This document shows positions 50,998-64,000 of a stretch of DNA of 64,000 nt, piece by piece. The stretch lies in assembly GCA_964016885.1 (NCBI GenBank), contig OZ024754.1, positions 34,472,001 through 34,536,000 on the forward strand. The letters are read 5' to 3'. The position numbers and the translations under genes were made by a program. Below the pieces are notes generated by a model. It was not told the DNA's origin. It saw only the letters and a program-made list of their open reading frames with translations, and did not search any database. Origin of the DNA: Eledone cirrhosa (taxonomy: Eukaryota). Every line of letters begins with the position of its first letter. Position 1 is the first letter of the stretch.

Positions 50998-53282
50998 CCT
51001 GGAGGAGAAAGATTTGGAAGTTGAAAGAGTCCTCAGCCAGAAACAGATTTAGAGATATTTTGCTTGACACCTATGTCAGTAAAGAAGAACAGATAGGGAC
51101 ATTCAATATAGAAGAGCACTGGAAGTTCCTGAAAGATAAAGTACAGAAGGCGACAGATGAGATCTGTGGATGGAGCAGGACTACAGAGAGAAGGAGATTG
51201 ACTTGGTGGTGGAACAATACGGTAGATGAGATGAGAAAGGCAAAAAGACAGGCATGGAAACAATGGAAGAAGAAGGGAAGCAGGGAACACTACATAAAGG
51301 CCAGGAGGGAAGTTAGATGACAAGTATATTTAGAAAGCAGGGAAGCAGGGGATAAAAAAATCAAGCATGTTTTGCAGCATGACCAGAGACAGGAAGTGTT
51401 CAGGATTGCGTGGTTGTGCATTAGAGAAAATTACAATGTCATTGGTGAGAAGTGTATCCGGGATGATAAAGATGCACTTGCCCTTACAGGCACTGAAAAG
51501 AAAGTTGCATGGAAGAATCATTATGAAAGAATGAGGAGAATACATGGGAGAAAGAGACCCTACTGCAAGTGGACCCAACAAGGGGCCCAGCTGTACAAGT
51601 CAACAGCAGTGTCGTAAAGCAATTAAGAATATGAAGACCGAGAAAGCAGCCGGTCCATTGAGAATAGTTGCCGAGATGCGGAAACCATCTGGGTCAGTAG
51701 GTCACACCTTAATCACAAGTATTGTAAACCAACTGATACTAAATGGTGTCATACCAAATGATTGGCTCAGCAGCATCATTGTCAACTGCTACAAGTGTAA
51801 AGGAGATGCATTAGAAAGAGGAAACTATACAAGCATAAAGTTGATGGACCAGATCATTAAACTAAGGGAAACAGTTATAGCTGATTAGGGACTGGGTAAA
51901 TCTGGATGAGATGCAGTTCGGATTTGTACCAGGCAAAATCACCACAGATGCTCTCTTCCTGGTGAAGCAGCTACAGGAAAAGTACTTAGCTAAAAGTAAA
52001 CCATTCTACCTGGCATTTGTTGATCTGGAGAAAGCTTTTGACTGAGTACCCCGTGCCATAATCTGATGGCCTCTTAGAAAACTAGGAGTAGATGAGTGAC
52101 TTGTGAAGGCTGTACAAGCTATGTATAGGGGAGCTGTCAGCAAAGTTAGTATTACCAATGACTATAGCGTACAGGTTGGTGTCCATCAAGGCTGTGTTCT
52201 TAGCCCTCTCCTGTTTATTATCATACTGCAGGCTATAACAGAGGAGTTTAAGACCGGCTGCCCATGGGAACTCCTGTATGCGGATGATCTTACACTCATA
52301 GCGGAATCTATGGTGGAACTAGAGAAGTTCCAAACCTGGAAGCATAGCCTAGAAAGTAGAAGAGAAAATAGAACCCAAATCCTCGCCAGGGAAAGAGTCT
52401 TGCTCAGTATGTAAGAAAGGTGTAGGTAGAAATTCCATCCTCTGCCCTAAATGCAAACTATGGGTACACAAGAGATGCAGTGGGATCTCAGGACTGTATG
52501 ATGCATGCATACAAACAACAATGTTGCAAGGTAGTGAAACCTGGGTGCTGTGTGCAGAAGAATTGCGTAGATTGGAAAGAAATGAAGCTTGCATGCTCCA
52601 ATGGATACATAAGAGTGATATACGTGAAAAGTAAAGCATAAACAAACTAAGAGAGAAACTAGGCATAAGAGGAATCAGATGTAGTGTGCAGGAGACGAGA
52701 TTGCATTGATATGGACAGGTAATGCGTACGAAGAATGACAGCTGTATAAAAAGGTGCAGAATGTTCAAAGTTGATGGAAGCGTTGGAATGGGGAGACCCA
52801 GTAAGACTTGGGACGAGGTGACAACATCTGACCATGCCCAATTACACCTCTCAAAAATGATGACCAGATCTCTGGTGTTATGCAGTAATACAGAAAACCC
52901 GCCTTCCCACTGGCACAGGCTGAAACTGAAGCATATATATATATAGTATGCACCACTCCCCTACATCTCCCATGAGGAAAGGCTAAAACATAACATCCAG
53001 TGAAGCCTCCAGCCCACACTGTAAAGTGTTGGTGATGGGGACACGGGGGGAAAAGTACCTAGTCCACAAAATGTAAAGTGGTCATGTATGTGTCACAACA
53101 AAAAGCACCCAGTCCACACTGTAAAGTAGTCATGTAGGTGTCATGACAAAAAGCACCTGGTACTCACTGTAAATGAAGAAAGGGCATCCAGCTGTAGAAA
53201 CTATTTCAGAATCAGTTCTATATGAACAAGACACAGTCACCTGACCTGGCATTGCTCACAACGGGACAACTTATCTATATCC
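50998..53282 (+). mobile_element. Decayed RTE LINE with stops and internal deletions
   Basis: TWWWN, IPNDWLSSIIV, KGDALERGNY, EMQFGF, VGVHQGCVLSPLLF, ELLYADDL spread over several frames; RTE tail. Confidence 0.88.
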
Positions 53283-53367
53283 ATATATATATATATATAT
53301 ATATATATACTATTATATTAATTTATAATTTATATTAATTTATAATTTATATTAATTTATATTAACT

Positions 53368-53407
<40 letters not shown>

Positions 53408-53889
53408 TCCTCTGTTGACAAAGAAGGGTTTCTCCCTGCTTATGAAAGGGCGGTTATATGATGCCTGTGTGTGATGCTGCATGGTAGTGAGACATGGGCA
53501 GCAACTGCAGAGGATATGCGACAGCTGGAGAGAAATGAAGCAAGCATGCTCTGTTGGATGTGAACGACCAAGTATAGATGAGTTGAGAGAGAAACTTGTG
53601 TAAGAGGGATAAGTTGTGGTGTGATGGAGAGAAGACTGCGATGGTATGGACATGTGATGCGCATGGAGGATGACCGCTGGGTTAAGAAGTGTCAAGAAAT
53701 CCCAGTAGATGGAAGACGACGAAAAACATGGGTGGAGGTGGTGAGAGCAGACCTCAGATCGCTGGAGGTCACAAAGATGATGAAGGGCCGTGAGTGGAGA
53801 GATGCTGTGCTGAATAGGACTTGTTCCATCCTTGCAAGCAGGGAGAAGTGGACCTAAAATGATGATGATGATGATGATGATGATGATAT

Positions 53890-60460
<6,571 letters not shown>

Positions 60461-60461
60461 A

Positions 60462-60930
60462 AATAAGATGATGTGGTTGAGAGGAAGATCAAAGCCTGGG
60501 CTGCGTGCTAGTGGAGTCTGTGCTGCATTACGGGTCTGAGACTTGGACACTGACCAAGAAACTCACTCAGATGGTGGATGGGTGCTACACGAGAATGCTG
60601 AGAATGTCTCTGAACATTAATCAGTATACACTGAGGATGAAGAACTCAGAGCTGTATGGGAGCATCCCAAAAGTCAGCTCGAAAGTGACACAGAGGAGAC
60701 TGAGGTTAGCTGGACATGCTCACCGACATCCAGAATTGACACTGCACTCAGTGCTGCTGTGGGAGCCCCTGCATGGACACACTGGAAGAGGAAGGCCGGG
60801 GTTAACATATGTTGATGCCCTAAGGACAGATGCTGGTCTGTTGGAGATGCAGGATATGGCAGCGATAGTGAGGGACAGAGACCGCTGGAGAGAACTCATT
60901 CATGGATGTCGGGTATTTTACCTGCCCTAG
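60462..60930 (+). mobile_element. RTE-like LINE 3' fragment (second family)
   Basis: VESVLHYGSETWTL...[12 protein letters not shown]...GRGRP...DRDRWR. Shorter copies at ~25656-25735 and ~26885-27125. Confidence 0.85.
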
Positions 60931-61517
60931 ATAGATAGATATACATAGATATGTATATATATGTATGTGTATATATATGTATATATATGTATGTGTATAT
61001 ATATGTATATACATGTATATATATTTATGTATATACATGTGTATATATATGTATATACATGTATATATATTTATGTATATACATGTATATATATTTATGT
61101 ATATACATGTATATATATGTATGTATATACATGTATATATATGTATGTATATACATGTATATATATGTATGTATATACATGTATATATATGTATGTATAT
61201 ACATGTATATATATGTATGTATATACATGTATATATATGTATGTATATACATGTATATATATGTATGTATATACATGTATATATATGTATGTATATACAT
61301 GTATATATATGTATGTATATACATGTATATATATGTATGTATATACATGTATATATATGTATGTATATACATGTATATATATGTATGTATATACATGTAT
61401 ATATATGTATGTATATACATGTATATATATGTATGTATATACATGTATATATATGTATGTATATACATGTATATATATGTATGTTTATACATGTATATAT
61501 ATGTATGTTTATACATG

Positions 61518-61568
<51 letters not shown>

Positions 61569-61898
61569 GTATATATATATATGTATATATATATGTGTAT
61601 ATATATATATGTATATATATATATGTGTATATGTATATATATGTATGTATATACATGTATATATGTGTATATGTATATATATATATGTATATGTATATAC
61701 ATGTGTATATATATATGTATATGTATATACATGTGTATATATATATGTATATGTATATACATGTGTATGTATATATATATGTATATGTATGTATATGTTT
61801 ATATATGTATATGTATATACATGTGTATGTATATATATATGTATATGTATGTATATGTTTATATATGTACATGTATATACATGTATATATGTATATGT
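60931..61898 (+). repeat. TA-rich repeat with homogeneous 24-bp unit
   Basis: TATATACATGTATATATATGTATG repeated. Confidence 0.9.
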
Positions 61899-63666
61899 AT
61901 CATCATCATCATCATCATCATCATCATCGTTTAACGTCCTTGTTCCACTCTTGCATGGGTTTGGATGGGGGTTTTCCCAGTTGAGGCAAGAGTTATTGTC
62001 TTGCTCGCATAGGACTGTCTGGCAGGTTTTCTACAGTTGGATGCCCTTCCTAACACCAACCACATTTACAGTGTGGGTCTGGGAGGTTTTTACCGTGTTG
62101 CCTACACGGCCACATTACAGCGTGGACTGTGTGTTTTTTTGTCGTGACACCTACACGATCTCATTTGTTTCGGCCTGGATGGTGTGGCACCAACATAACT
62201 TTACATAGAAGGGGGCGGTGTGGATGGGGTGGGGGTGGTGGGACGGGGGTGTATTTTGTTAGAGATGCCTACTGACTGTCGTAGGTTTTACTTTGTATTT
62301 ATGTAAGGCGGGTCTTCTCTATTACTGAGTACCGCCAAAGGTCTCGGTTCAGTGACATTGTCTTGGTGAGGTGTAAGTGTGTGAGGTCGGAGTTTATCAG
62401 CTCGTCCCAGGTTTTTCTGGGTCTGCCTATTCCGTGGCTACCGTCTATCTTTATTGCCCTGCACTTTGTTATACAGCTATCGTCCTTCATGCGCATCACG
62501 TGACCATACCAACGTAGCCTTCTCTCTAGTAAACAACATCTGATCCTTCTTATTTCTAATTTTTTCCTTAGTTCGTTTATGCTTTGTCGTTCACGTATAT
62601 TACTATTACACATCCAGCGGAGCATGCAAGCTTCGTTTCTCTCTAGTCTGCGTATATCCTCTGCACACAATGCCCAGGTCTCACTGCCATGCAACATTGC
62701 TGTTCGTATGCAGGCATCGTACAACCTGCCTTTCATTTTTAGGGAGAACCCTTTAGCGGCTAATAGTGGTATAAGCTCTCTGAACTTTTTCGACCCAGTT
62801 CTGACTCTAGCTACTGTATTTTCAGAGCACCCTCCCCCACTGCTGATTTTGTCACCCAGGTAACGGAAGCTGTCCACTATTTCTATAGAACCCTCTGCGC
62901 AGTTGAAAGAGCTAGTATTTTGTGGGCACTTGCTGCTACTTATTGCCCCAGAACACCGGCCACATGTAAAATCTATGTTCTTAGTTAGCTTACCTGTGAT
63001 CCCACTACATCTTTTATGAACCCAAACTTTGCATTTGGGACACAAAATGGAATTTCTACCTACGCCTTTCCTACACTCTGCGCATGGCCACTTCCCGGAG
63101 GGGACCGCCGCCTTATTTTCTTTCTTACAAACTAGAACTTTAGTCTTAGCCAGGTTAATTTTAAGGCCTTTTGATTCTAGCCCGTGCTTCCATGTTTGGA
63201 ATTTCTTCTCTAGCTCGGCCATTGATTCAGCTATGAGCGTTAGATCATCTGCGTATAGGAGTTCCCATGGGCAGCCGGTCTTGAACTCCACTGTTATAGC
63301 CTGGAGGGCAATAATAAATAGTAGGGGGCTAAGAACAGAGCCCTGATGAACACCAACTTTTACACTAAACTCTTCACTATATTCGTTGTTAATTCTAACC
63401 TTGCTGACTGTTTCTTTATACATGGCTTGTATAGCTCTCACAAGCCATTCATCGACACCTAGTTTTCTAAGAGCCCACCAGATAATGGAACGGGGGACTC
63501 TGTCGAAGGCCTTCTCCAAGTCGACGAAAGCTAAGTATAGGGGTTTACTTTTAGCTAGGTACTTCTCCTGTAGTTGTCGTACAATGAAAAGAGCGTCTGT
63601 GGTACTTTTTCCTGACACAAACCCGAACTGCATTTCATCTAGATCAATTCGCTCTCTGATTAGTTG
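61899..63666 (-). mobile_element. 5'-truncated RTE-clade LINE with uninterrupted RT ORF
   Basis: ORF 62299-63633 (444 aa): QFGF, FVDLEKAFD, GVHQGSVLSPLLF, YADD, Cys-rich insert, RRLRWYGHV; (TGA)n tail. Confidence 0.95.
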
Positions 63667-63796
63667 TATATATGTATATATATATATGTGTGTATATATA
63701 TGTGTATATGTATATATGTATATGTATATATGTATATATATATGTATGTATATTTATATGTGTATACATATATGTGTATATATATATGTATATATA

Positions 63797-64000
63797 TCAT
63801 CATCATCATTTCATTTTACGCCCGCTTTTCCCTGCTTGCAAGGGTGGGACGGGAACTGACTCTGGCTTGATTTCTACAGCTGGATGCCCTTCCTAACACC
63901 AACCTCATTTACAGTGAGTGCTGGGTGCTTTTTTTCCATGGCACCTCCACGATGACTTTGCAGTGGAATGATAGGGACCCCAGTCTGCAATCTCATTTCT
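63797..64000 (-). mobile_element. SINE 3' part as at 1069-1270, cut by window end
   Basis: Colinear with 1069-1270 and 9787-10040. Confidence 0.8.

Overview
AT-rich, microsatellite-laden animal genomic DNA. The SINE/RTE repertoire and (TA)n load suggest an octopus-type cephalopod (inference). The only host gene I can support is the 3' half of the RAD51 paralog XRCC3 on +, as three exons (3558-3709, 5559-5771, 13903-14172); its 5' exons were not found in the window. The rest is mobile DNA and tandem repeats: RTE- and CR1-group LINE fragments, a frameshifted DD37D (maT-like) Tc1/mariner element, TTAA-flanked MITEs, two modular tRNA-SINE superfamilies, several minisatellites and a ~6.5-kb TA-rich tract. 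The most striking signal is a dense population of hammerhead-ribozyme (HHR) motifs: about 15 clear or degenerate cores plus a few weaker ones, in three or more families of short non-coding elements embedded in (TA)n. Several are long palindromes carrying one HHR on each strand, with compensatory stem changes between copies. They are most simply read as Penelope-like/retrozyme-like non-autonomous elements. A decayed, unidentified ORF split by an RTE insertion and several fold-back duplications are also noted. All structures were read by eye; no alignment, folding or database search was run.
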